NCBI GenBank assembly: GCA_905178155.1
Contig: CAJINV010000012.1
Coordinates: 1,430,492 to 1,494,491 of the forward strand
DNA length: 64,000 nt
Reading direction: 5' to 3'
Origin: Amoebophrya sp. A120
Taxonomy: Eukaryota > Protista > Dinoflagellata
Part shown: positions 1 to 12,200 of the stretch, one piece after another
Layout of the letters: each line of letters opens with the position of its first letter
Numbering within the stretch: position 1 is the stretch's first letter
The notes under the pieces: generated by a model
Databases searched by the model: none
Told to the model about the DNA's origin: nothing
What the model saw: only the letters and a program-made list of their open reading frames with translations
Program-made: the position numbers and the translations under genes

Positions 1-180
1 TTGCGGTTTGTCATGCTCCAATCAGCATGACATACTAGATCTGTGATGCTGCTCCTCAACTAGCTCAAACAGCAGTACACCACGAGTTGAAATTTGTCAT
101 GCGAAACAGCCAAAACTTGTGGATTTGTCTAGCCGATTCCCCATCTTGACTATGTGGTGGGGACGTTTTTACATGGGATA
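1..180. mobile_element. TIR introner family B, right part only
   Basis: Ends GGTGGGGACGTTTTTACATGGGATA; interior matches 27287 and 42209. Confidence 0.85.
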
Positions 181-3100
181 GACGGCACCAGCTCTTTCTA
201 CGGAGCTGGAGCAGGCGGGGTCACGAATTTCATTTCGCCACAAGGGGGATCATTATACGGTAGCGGCGGGATGATGAATTCCACCGGTTTATTGTCTGGA
301 CTTTCTGCGCAAGGAGCGGCCCATGCTGCAAGCGGTAATAATAACCGTATCATCCAGATCACGCAGCCGGATTTTTTAGATAAGATTTATCAAAAGGAAA
401 AATCCCCCCACCCCATATCGAAAACGAAATTTGTGATGCTGTATTTGAGTACACAAAACGAGTTGTAATGCTAGAAGCCCAAGAGCCGCAGGCGTGGCCT
501 CGTTTGCAGGCAATTTGTCATGCTGTTTCCCACTTCCAGCTGCCTCCTGTCATGCTGAAGATGCAAAGCCATCCCACGCCACCCTGCACGACAGTCCGCA
601 TCTTTTCCCTTCTAGCATGACAAGCTGATTTGTGACCACAAATCTGCATCACAGATTTCCGTTTCGATATGGGGAGGGGGGATTTTTCTTCTTGATAAGA
701 TTGAGGTGAAGTTCTCGAGTAGTACTTCTACAGGTGGAACTATCCAAGAAAAAAACTGTGTAAGTGTAAATCTGTGATGCAGAACATGAAACAGAGTTAC
801 ACCTGTCATGCCAGACATCCATGCAGTCCTCCTTTCATGTGTGTTTTCCCTTACAAATCACGCATGACAGGTTTTCTGTGTCATGTAGAGCAAACTTGTG
901 ATGCTGTCAGCCAAGGAAAGTTACACTAGCACAGTTTTTTTCTTGGATAGGAACGAAAGGTAGTACAGCAAGTAGTACAACTACTTCTCAAATGATAAAA
1001 AAGGAATTCCTAGCCGAGGAAATTTGGAACGTCGAGGTTTTCCAACTGACAGAGCAGACCGCGTTGCACGACATGTTTCTGCAACAACCCATCGGGATTC
1101 TCGGGAAGGGGAGCAAAGTGCTAGTTTTGTCCTCGAAATCCTGCTCCCCCGAAGGGCCAGAGACCGACAACACGTGCGCCGCGGCCGGGAGCGAAGGCAC
1201 AAGCAGCAACTGCATCGTGAAGGTCCGGGTTTTGTCCGGGGTGGCGCCAAATGTGAATGCGGCGACGATCATGAGCAGTAGTTCGGGTGGAGGAGCTTCT
1301 TCTACGAATGCAGCAGGTAGAGGCACGACCTCGTCAGGTGTATCAGTCGCGGGTAGGAGGAAACTGAGCTCTGCTGCGCCGGAATTCTGCCCGGGAGCGG
1401 ACAGCGTCCCGGGATACGACCCGGAGTTTTGCTCCTACACGGGTGCTAGCGCTTCTATGCACGATCAACAAAGCATAGACTTTGCAGCCTTGCACCATCA
1501 TATGAGCGGCTTATCGGAGGAAAAAAGACGAGCTGCTTGTTTTTCACCACAACTTCTGTGGATGGGACGATTTTGATTTTGCAGGATCGGTATGGGAAAA
1601 ATAGTCGCTGTCACGCATGGCAAATAGACAGAATCTGGTCTGCTCGTGTTGTTCTAAGGATATGGAACCTGGCGACATCGAGCAGCGGTGTCTTTCGTAT
1701 TTTTTCTAGCGAAATTATGCAAATACCTCTGCGGAAATTCTGCATCGTCATATTGCATTCACGACCCATCGCACTGAAGAAGTTAGTAGAAGCAGTAATT
1801 TTTCCTCACGATGCAACTCCTCATGGGCGGACCATTTCAATGTCGCAGAGAGTTTCTCGCAAGAGGGCCACCCGTGGGACGCCAGCATGCACGATGGTGG
1901 CGGCGCTACTAGAGCGTCTCACTGGGGCACGGGTGTAGCGGCAGCCGCTGCATACGGCGATCCACACATGGCCAGCACTGCGACGAATGGCTCTACAGCC
2001 AGTAGTTTTTTAGACTTGAGCAGTTTCTTCGCCGGAGGAGCCATAGCCTCCACCGCCACGGCAGCGCTGCAGCGGGGAAAAATCGGGTGGGTACCAAGAA
2101 GAGCCCTGAAGAAACTGTCGTCATCAACAACGTCAGCTTCGTCCACTTCCAGCAGGAAAAAAGTGAAGATCAAGCCGTACAAAAACGTGTTAATCCCGAC
2201 GAAGTTCCACCTCCCGCGGATGCTCGACACCTACAACCACGCCTTGTATACGTTGGGCAAGATGCTCAGCAACAAAGTCTTCCGAGAAGGAATTTTCTTC
2301 CCGGAGATATCGGCGGTTGTTCATAACGCGCCGCTGGGAAAAGAGAAGAAGAACCCATTGCTTGAGAAAAACGCAGCCTTGATAGCGTTACTCCGAGGGG
2401 TTGAAGAGGAATTTTGGCAGTGGCCACTACAGGAAATAATAACTACTCCATCTCAACAAGAACGACCGTACAGCACCAGATCTATGCCCTACGAACTGCT
2501 TCCAGAAGGAAGAACTCCAGCCGGCTTGTTCCCCTTCGCTGAAACCAGTTCCTCGTTTCCCGCCCTCAGTAGCACTACCACAGCTGCGAGGACCTCCTCC
2601 GGGCAACAACAGCCGCCGCATCCACTTCACGGGCCACAGCACGCAGACAGTCAGCCACTTCTACAGCTGCCGACCGAAGCAACACGTGGCGACAGTCGGA
2701 GATCGTCTGGAAATAAACCGGTTTCATCAGCCTCATCTGTGTGGGATAACGTTGATATCGTTGATGATATTAATCCCGCCTCGTTCGCTGCATCTTCAAG
2801 ACCACCAACTACATCTACGTGGTTTATCGAGACCATCCGAGAAGAAATTCTCACCCGGTGTCCCAAATTGGCCCTGAAAGCCATTCTGACGAGCAAAGGG
2901 CACACCGCGTTTAAGCAAGGCCCGCCGGTTGGGGTGCACCTACAGGTGTTATCTGCAGCAGCGAAACATGGAGCAGTTGCTGGTGGCGCAGGTGGTGCAG
3001 GAGCCTCATCATATCAAATGCAAATATGTCTGGGTCTGGAAGAATGCAAGATTTGTCATGCATATTTCTCATGACCCATGAAATGATGCCTGTAATGCTT

Positions 3101-4342
3101 GACCTAGCATCGCAGACTTTTATAGGGCTTCCTGATGCACCTTCCGCATGAGAAATGCCCTGTCCGTGTAGCACAAATTGTACCCCTCTTGCTGGTCATG
3201 CAATACAAATTTTTTTAGAGTCCAAAAACAGCATGACAAGTTGCATTCTTGTTCCAGACCCAGACACTTTTGCATTTGATACCTCATCAGGCGGAACTAC
3301 AAGTGCGGAGGAGGAAATGTACGCCGACCGATTGAAACAGATTGTAGAGGACATAAGGAAACTAGCCACTGCTAGAAATAGTTGTACCACCAGCGCAACA
3401 AGTGTTGCATCGTCAGTCGTGACCGCTCAACAACAACAAGCTTTAATAAATCCAGTGGAAAGCATTCTAAATCCGCCACTAGATGTTGATCGAGAACAAG
3501 CACCACTAGTACCGGCAACTGGGCCGGCCGGGCCGGCTGTATTAACTTCGGCGTTTTTTTCTTCTCATGGGCGGAAGCAGCAGGATACTAACACTAAGGC
3601 AGCGCCAGGTCAAGGTGGGACCACGGGGGGATATCGAATGTAAAAATGTCTGGGTCTGGAAGAATGCAACTTGTGATGCTGCGTCTGCATTATCCAAAAA
3701 TCTGTATTGCATGAACAGCAAAAGAGGTCTGGTTTTGGCCACGGCGAGAGGGCATTTCTCATGCTTTATAGGCATCACAAAGCCCTCACAAGATCTGTGA
3801 TGCTAGGGCATGCATCGCAGACATCAGGAGTCATGCAAAATGTGCATGACAAACCTTGCATCCTTCCAGACCCAGACATTTTTGCATTTGATAGGGGAAG
3901 GAAAAAAACAAATCCGATGGAGGAAAATTGGAGCCACCCGAAATGGATATCAAATGCAAAAATGTCTGGGTCTGGAAGAATGCGCGGTTTGTCATGCTGC
4001 TTTTCCATGACCCATGAGGTCTGGAATGCAGGACCTAGCATGACAGATTCTGCGAGACCTTTCTAATGCCTATCCTGCATGAGAAACTACCTCCCGACTT
4101 GGTAAAAAATGGACGACTTTTGGTAATTATGCAACACAGATTTTTGCATGCTTCAGATTTAGCATGACAAGTTGCAATCTTCCAGACCCCGACACTTTTG
4201 CATTTGATAATGGAATTATGATAGCAGTTTGATATTGAAACTGGGGGAAAAAGAACCAAACTGTACTACTTCCGGCCACGAACAGGCCTCGATTTCCCTC
4301 TGGGCCCTAGTCGCTCGGACGATTGTCATCCGAGAAGCATGA
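181..4342 (+). CDS. Multi-exon hypothetical protein, 5'-truncated by the window; low-complexity, Ser/Gly/Thr-rich
   Basis: Removing TIR elements 388-697, 741-949, 1512-1813, 3012-3281, 3632-3893 and 3948-4209, each with one 5-bp TSD, joins ORF pieces 154+, 992+, 1887+ and 3155+ in one frame ending at TGA 4340-4342. No recognisable domain. Confidence 0.7.
388..697. mobile_element. TIR introner family C
   Basis: TATCAAAAGGAAAAATCCCCCC...GGGGGGATTTTTCTTCTTGATA; TSD agatt/agatt. Confidence 0.92.
741..949. mobile_element. TIR introner (singleton family)
   Basis: TATCCAAGAAAAAAACTGTG...CACAGTTTTTTTCTTGGATA; TSD ggaac/ggaac. Confidence 0.9.
1512..1813. mobile_element. Degenerate TIR introner
   Basis: TATCGGAGGAAAAA...TTTTTCCTCACGATG; flanks cggct/caact; removal joins ORFs 992+ and 1887+ in frame. 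Confidence 0.6.
3012..3281. mobile_element. TIR introner family A
   Basis: TATCAAATGCAAATATGTCTGGGTCTGGAA...TTCCAGACCCAGACACTTTTGCATTTGATA; TSD catca/cctca. Confidence 0.92.
3632..3893. mobile_element. TIR introner family A (opposite orientation to 3012)
   Basis: Family A TIRs; TSD gggga/gggga. Confidence 0.93.
3948..4209. mobile_element. TIR introner family A
   Basis: Family A TIRs; TSD atgga/atgga. Confidence 0.93.
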
Positions 4343-6233
4343 TCGCACAACGGGAAATCAACGTTTAGAAGAAGACTACATGCATTTATTACGTACTTCT
4401 ATATGATAGCAGAATTTGGAATTCAATAGCAAATAATTCGCGGCCGGACAGCCGCAGGGCATTTCATTGTTCGTAAAATCACAGTCATAAACTTTTTCTT
4501 CATAGCCGTTCGCTCCGGCTCTTACAGTGATCTACTCTACTTTTGGACTTTATACATAATTGCAACTCTTTTATCAGAAAGCGCAACGAGAGGACTCACA
4601 AATCCGTGCAAGGTCACGGGTACTAGACAATCGCGCTTTTTAATGAAACATAACGACGCACTTCGTACGTTTCTATGCAAAATAGAAGCTTACCCGAAAA
4701 TGATATGTCGACCACCTACAATTAGCGATGCACCATGTAGCTACACACCCAGCTGGCAAGGCCAGGCTTTTGAAATGTAATGCTGGCCAAGATTTTGACG
4801 TTGCCGGGGCAGCTTTCTCGTAGAAGGACGAAATCCTCGAAAACAAGGCAAAAGATAGGAAGAAAACACGCCTTAGACGAGCTTTTGATGAGCGTAGCAT
4901 TTTCAATAACAGACGCGTGTGCAGATATTTTTTTGTAGAAGTTGTAATAATAGTACGACTACCAAAACCAAATGATACGACTTTGTCGCTCGCTCGCTCG
5001 CGCCTTCTAGATATAATACAAATTTCAGAGCACTGCTCTACTTCTCGGACATTGTAATTTTTTTACTGACACCACACCTAGTGATTGCTCAAAATATTTT
5101 TTTTACAAAATGAATATCATTGTCAACGGCCTGTTTTTTCTTTTTCAAAATAGAGAAGGATACTCTCGATGCCTAGGCCAAGTTTTGATTTTAGACGTTT
5201 TTCCTTTTTGTGCCGGAAGATGATAAAGCGCAGTGCAAATTTTTATGACTACACAAACAATGGAAGCAGCGATTTAATAAGCTGTACACATCTAGAGACG
5301 ATATTCAATGAGCGAAAATTTTATGAAACCTCGCAAAGGTTCTGAAACTACATTGCGACATGACCACGACTGATTCGCAAGTTTGCAACGATGATTTTGA
5401 ACATACAGGGCTTTTTTTTGTAGGACGGACCACGAGAATTACATGCAAAAATGAAAAATGAAGTCGAAGACAAAGAGAAGGCACTTGGAGCAAGCTTTAT
5501 AAGATCTTTCGAGCAATCGTCAGATTGATCCTGCGCATCCCACTTATACTAGTTCGTGGCTACGCGGCTCCGGCTGAATAGTTCATTTTTCCTACCTCGC
5601 TTTGTTCACAACATCGCTCACCTCGTTCTTGCAGGTCGTGTTTTGTGCTACTTTTTTCCCGTCGTCCTCATCGTGCCCTACGACCTACGTTCGTTGCACA
5701 ACCTTCTGCCTGACAGAGCTACACGTAGTACAGTAGCGGCCGTGAGCAAGTTTATAATATTGTCGTGTAGTAAGTACACAGCAGACGCCAGATCATAGAC
5801 CTCGCGTCGTGTTGTGCCTCGTACTGCTTCAGCGAGCCCGTCGTACTTCATCTCGTGCACAACAAGAAGTGTCAAGAATATATTAAATATTATTCCCGTG
5901 CTGGTGATAAGCTTCGTCGCAAGACGAGCCTGCCCTTCTAAGTACATCTTTTGACCCGCCCAGCCCACGGGATTTCAATTACAGACGTCCTGTTGTAGCG
6001 GCCGTGAAATTTACTTTTACACGTGTCACGTTCGACGCCAAATCACGTACAGTCTACAGGCATTTCTTGCTTCGACGCTGAACTAACACATCGAATTGAT
6101 TGAAATCCAGTTCCCGGTATTTGCGTCGGCATCGACTTTTTTTTTTCCTCAGTGTAAGTAACAAGTAGAAGTACACTTTCCTGTCCTAGCATTTCAGAAT
6201 CCGCACCCCAAAACGCCCGCTCACACAACGAGG

Positions 6234-9200
6234 ATGACAGGACGGATGTTGGGCAGTGTTTCTCCGCCCGGACGGCCCATTTCCTACAACTCTAGGGCAG
6301 GCAGCTTCTTCAAGCTCCGCAGCACTCGCATCGGTTTCTCGGCTCCACTGCCGCTCCTCCTGAAGGGCCCGAGTTTGATCATGTGGTGCCGCTTCTGGAG
6401 CAGCTCGAGCAATCTGGTGGGCTTTTCCGATGCGGCGCAGGTCGTTCGACGTGGGACGGAGGAGGACGTGCGCGGTCAACCACCAGCAAATGATCCAGGG
6501 CTCATCCAGGAGTCCTACTGGGTGCCGCTCGGCAAGGAGCGCGAGCACTCTACGGGTGAGATCAAGGGTATGGGAGTGTCAGGATCGAAATCAACAAAAT
6601 CGAAGTAATTTGTGACGCATAAAAGCAATACCACTTGGCACCTCAGTGTAAATACAAGTGGCGCGTGACAAATTTCGGGAGCACCAATAAAATCCAGTCT
6701 GTCGCGCTGTTTGGGCAAAGAAGACTGCTCCTGTCATGCTACTCTGGCAGCGCAGCGTCTTCCCCTAAACAGGCTGGCTCCCCAATACAGGCCATACGTG
6801 CCCGCCATTTTATGCATCACAAATTTTTCGATTTTGTCGATTTGGTTCCTGACACTCCCATAAGGGGCGGCGGCGACGGGGATCAAACCGGTAGTGCCAG
6901 CTGCGGCGACCTCAAGGGCTGCGGCTATTACAATGAAAAACGCCCCCACGCCATAGCCTGGAAGCATTTGTATTGCAAAGCCTTCCAATGGAAATATTCC
7001 TCCTCTTACATGTTTCAGCATCACAAATTTTCCATGAATAGCAATTTGTGTTGCACAAGACCCCAGGAACAACAGCCGGGCCTGTCATGTAAAATATGCC
7101 TTGATGCTGAAGTAGATTCTGCAGCAGAAAGACTCCTAGTCCTTTCATGCACGACAAAAAGTTTCTATTTGGAAACTTTGCATCACAAATTTTTGCAATG
7201 TCCGGGTAGGGGGCATTTGTCCTTTTGATAGAGGTGGGGAGGACTGGACGGTGGGGCAACCAAAGTCCGCCGGGGAAGTGGACGAGCAATCGTTCGGACC
7301 ACAGGCCTATCAGATGCAAAAATGTCTCGGTCTGGGAGATTCCGAGATTTGTCACGCAGTTTTTTCAAGCTCCCCCGGCCCCACGTCTGGAATGCAGGGC
7401 CTAGCATCACAGGTTCTGCAGCTCCTTGGTGATGCGTGTTCTGCATGAGAAATGCCCTCTCAGCATGGCCAGAAGTGGAGACATTTATTTACACATTCTG
7501 CATCACAGATCTTTGTAGGATCCGAAACACGCATCGCAAGTTCGGATCCTTCCAGACCCAGACATATTTGCATTTGATAAGGCCTATGGGTTGGGAGGCT
7601 TACCCGTATCTGAAGGCTCGGTGACACTTCAGCATTATGGCAATTCCTATACAGGTTGCCAGGAGTGTGATGCCCGAAACGCGGTGGTGGAGTACGATCA
7701 GGCGGGGAACATCAAGATTTTCTACGATCCGAGCTCGCCCATGGGATCACCTGGGGACTGGGCGAAAAATTGCGCGGTAGACGTCTTTTACGAAACCGAC
7801 AAAGGGGGTAGAGCTGTGCGGATGGACGAAGCTGACCACTATTCAGAATTCCACGAGGTAATTTTATTGACAACACCTCGCGAGAGGCAGCAGCACGCTC
7901 GTGATGACTGCGTCAAAGATTTGGTCGTGCGATATCAAATGCAAAAATGTCTGGGTCTGGAAGAATGCATGTTTGTCATGCTTGTCTGGCATGACTCTTA
8001 AATCTGTCACGCACGTTACCCAAGAGCTCCATTTTTCTGTGATGCAGAAACGCAGTTTGTCATGCAGAATATGCAACACCTAGAAGCTCAGAAACTTGTC
8101 ATGCTGCGCCAGCACTTGTGGCCTCATCATGAGACGCCACGCAGCATCACAAGTCTCCAGACCCAGACATTTTTGCATTTGATATGCGAGCTAGTCGTGC
8201 GAAAGCCGCGAATAACTGCGTCTGCTCGTACCGCACTACGGGGCAGTTTCCCGCCCTGTGGCAAAATCTAGAGTGGGACCACAACAGAAAGTCGCAGTCG
8301 GCTGACTGTCGTTTCGATCACAAAGCCGCGTGCGACAGACCCGAGGCAAAAGAAAGCGACGCGGCATGTAAAAACTTTGTCTCATCTTGCGGAGGAGGAT
8401 GCAGTCCCGCAGGAAAAGAAGACAAGGTGCCGACTGGTAATCCTCCTAATCTTGTTAAGATTACGTTTGGTCTGGTCAAGGAGTACAGGGATCCGCTCAC
8501 CAAATGCAAACCCGGCAATGGGCCAGTTCCCAACTGGACCTTCGGAGGGTTTCTGCAATCCGAGGAGCTTTTCATGCAGCAAGACGAGGCGGGGTGGATT
8601 ACGGGAAAACTTGTCAGTCGTGATGCGCCGCACTCGGAAAAGTCCATTGAATTCCCAGCCCTTGACAAGGGGAACGTCTTTTATGGGAGCCAAATCCGCA
8701 CCCACGGCTACGCCCCAGACCCTTACTACTCCCCGTCTTCGAGGTATCCAACAGAAAAAGTTTCTCACGATCACGACTGCTGCTGGGCATTTTTGCAATG
8801 CAAGAATATTATTGTGTTAATGTTAATTCTTTGGGCAAAAATAAACTTTGTGCGGGATTCCATTAGTATTTCTGCAAAATGCAACAAGACTGTATGTACC
8901 AAAAAAAAATTCAAAGTACACATCATGCAGTAAAACCTCCAAGAACTTGTGAGAAACTTTTTTCTCCTCTCCATACGAAAGAGAATGGGTTTTTTTTTGG
9001 TCACGCGATACCAGCGGACAAGGATGGGAAAAGGGTTGAAACGGGGAAACTTCGTTGTTATCCTATAGTCGAGAGGGCTAAGGTTGTCAATCGGTGCAGA
9101 AAGGATACGCTCAAGTTCCGCAGACGGGACGGCTCGGAGCAGGAGGGCTGGTATGCGGAGGAAGGGATCGTCCTCATCGAAAAACCAGTAAGGTGGGACC

Positions 9201-12200
9201 CGACTACCAAAACTGAAAAAAACAAAGCAGACTACTCTTACTGGAAAACCGACCTGCGGTGGAGAAAAGATGACAAACTTGACATTTTCTTTCAAGTATC
9301 AATCACAAATGTCGAAGATCTGGGTCTGGAATAAACTTGGCATTGTAGAAGTCTCTCCATCAGAGACGGGCTTCAGTGCCCCGCCAGGCATGACGCAGTT
9401 TTTGAAGGGTCTGGAGTGCGGAAAAAGCATGCCGGCCTCTTGCGTTTTTAAGCATATGACAAATGATCTGGTGGCGCTCCTCTTTATGCGTCACAGATTT
9501 TCGCTTCATTCTAAGATCGCAATTCTTTTTCCAGACCCGCCAGATATTTTTGCACTGGATATCAGATGAGCTGCAACAATTTTGAGCCCTTTCATGGAAG
9601 GCTGGCTAGTGACGAAAGTGACTTTTCTGTGTCGGAATTTCTTGACGGGGAGGGATTGTTCGTATCGAGTGCAAATATGTCTGGGTCTGCAAGATTGCGA
9701 GATTTGTCATGCTAGTCTGGCATGACTCTGTACTCTGTATTGTGTGGCCACAAACAGCCTCGCTCGCCTGTCATGCAAAAACGCAATTTTCCATGCGGAA
9801 CAGATACGCACCAAAGAAGCACAAAATAGCTTTTCATGCCTCGCGGTGCAACATTACAGTGCACTACTTATTCTTGACTGACTTGCTGCATCACAGGTTT
9901 CCAGACCACCCAGAGGTATTTGCCATGCATAGATTGATGGTGGGGGCGACGATAGGTTGCTCGACGGCTTTTGGAAGGGCGACGCGGGTGATCTGTTGCG
10001 CATCCAGTGGGAATTATGACAGTGCACAACTCCCCCTCCCCCTCATTTGTATTGCATGAACAGCATATACAAACGTCAGCGACTCTGGAGCCTGTGCATG
10101 ACAAATTTATGTACTTACCTAATGTAGTACTTACTGTTTCGAGGTCTCGAAATTTGTCATGCAAACAGTGCCACAAGGCCGCGACTGGATTTGGGATTTT
10201 GCATGACAAAGGAGGAAGAGGGGGAGTTGTGCACTGCCATAGGAATCAACGGACGGGTATGCCATGGTACAAGTTTGCCGTATCCTGTGCAAAAGCATCG
10301 CACTCGTGTAAATGCAAGTCTTGCATTACAAATCCTTTTCTTAAGGTAAATCCGATCATGCTGAGGGAATTTGCAATGCATTTAGACGAGTACGATCCTT
10401 TGCAGTTCATATGCCGTGCCCGTGAACAAAAGTGCCCCAGTCTCAAATTTTAGGCACCCTTGATAAAACCGCTAATATTTATTGTGTCAGTCATGGACGA
10501 CGACGACCACCCCCCGGGGGAGTTGCCGGGTTACCAAGGACCACCAACCGTCTTAGTAGTCGTGCTAAGAAGCCCACGGTTGGGATATTTTGTGAGACCC
10601 CCCACGGATAAACTCCTCACAACTTCCTTCCTCCTTTGTACTGACATTAGCTATTCCTTGTACTTAAAAAAGGAGAGAAGGCACCCTCTGGCCGTGATAT
10701 CTTGTACAATGATGGTGATTACAACAGTTCTCGGTTGGGCCTGCACTGACATGATCAACTACTCCCGTAGCACGACCCCCGTAGTGACATGAACGAACAA
10801 GATCCGGATGAAAGAGCAACTGCGTGCTAAGTAGGTAGCTCTGTCTAAGCTCACTCTTTTTAAGTAGATAGCCCCGACCCTGCCCAGCGATTCTCCCCTA
10901 TGAATCACATTTCTACCCGCCCTCCCGCCGTCCCCCGTCGTTGTGGTTTCGTGTACTCGTCGTTGTGGTTTCGTCTAGCTAAAACTACCTGGCCGAGTAA
11001 TTAGCACGGCTCCTCCACCGCCGGTTCTTTATTTGCATGAGGACGGAGGAGATGACTGGTCTTCCCTGTTTGACTGGTCGAGCCCTTCTGTATCAGCTTC
11101 TGTCTCGCAGTCAGAGCAGGGCCAAAGCTTAAGCCCCCCGATTCCGACCCCGCTCCCCCCTTAGATATGCGTTTGAAGATGTTCTTGCGGCCTAGCTAAG
11201 CATACAAGCTGTGTCGGAACCGTATCCCGAGTCCAGGGGTTACCTTCGTGGCCCCCGTGTTGTCGTTTTGTTGCCTTTGCGGCCCCCGTGTTGTCGTTTC
11301 GTAAGCTCTGCAACCCCTAATAGCCGCGCACCAGGGCTAGGTGTCCCGTTGTTTCTCCGAATGTGAAGGTTCGCGCACGCTTTCGGGGGGGCAATTGCGA
11401 GCCGTTGTCGAAACATGTGGCAGAGAAGCGCCACGGTGCCCGTTTTCGTTAAATCAATGAAAAAAAGGAAAGCGAAAGAGGAACAGGCACGGCAATGGCC
11501 GCAGGTCATGAGCAAAACAACCAAGGGCCTGCGCATTTAGGTCATGAGAACAGTGACAGCCACGCGCGTAGGCCATGCACTCGCACGCGATGGCCGTAAG
11601 TCATGAGGGCCCGCCAAAGCAAAAGCGCCGGAAGTTGGCAAGCGCTCGGACTCGCGCCCCCCCCCTTCCCGCCTTTTCTTGTGTGCGTCCCTTCACCCAT
11701 TCCAAGAGATGGCTCGGAGTTTTTTTTTGTCTTTCTGTGCTCTTTTCCCAACTTGTCCATCCTCTGGGGCGTGCCTGATCATAAGCTAGTTAGTTTATTG
11801 TGTCAGTCATGGACGACGACGACCACATACATACTGGTGCAAATCAACAAAATGTAGTTGGACTAGTGACTTAGACTTTATTTCTTGCCAAGGACCACAT
11901 GCAGAGCCAGAGGCAACGTTTGCAGATCGCGTACGGCAACAAATTTGCAATTGATAACATGGAAAAAGCCTATGAAGGAAAGGGCGCCGCGGTTTGGATC
12001 AGTTCCTACAATTGCCCCGGGCAGGGGCCGCAGGTATCGCACAGCAAAGTACACTCATACATCAGCCAAAAGTGCACTCATACACCAGTGTTTGCCGTGC
12101 TAAAAATTTTGGTTCCCGAAAAGTCCCTCCAGCGTTGGCCACACAGCATGAGAATTCACGGCATGACCTCCTCTTTCATCCTGCTCCGCATTACATTTTA

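Larger units (their letters stand above)
10258..11956. mobile_element. Outer TIR introner containing two nested insertions
   Basis: Left TATGCCATGGTACAAGTTTGCCG, right CGGCAACAAATTTGCAATTGATA; flanks acggg/acatg; removal gives in-frame WESTDGEKAYEGKGAAVWISSYNCPG. Confidence 0.7.

Noticed and set aside
388-697. Tc1/mariner MITEs or ciliate-type IES with TA duplication
   Set aside because: The TA is part of the TIR. Frame restoration and paralog empty sites require loss of the element plus 5 bp, leaving no TA behind.
3012-4209. Recurrent peptides in the ORF track (YQMQKCLGLEEC, PDPDIFAFD, FQTQTFLHLI, KNVPTP) as a repeated protein domain
   Set aside because: They are translations of the TIRs in various frames and strands, not protein.
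3632-8184. CRISPR-like array of about 30-bp repeats
   Set aside because: The repeats are inverted pairs 250-300 bp apart, dispersed inside eukaryotic genes; there is no regular spacer structure and no cas genes.
11886-11956. tgcca at 11886 as the right TSD of the element starting at 10281
   Set aside because: That join hits a stop codon; the element closes at 10411 with a perfect tgccg TSD.
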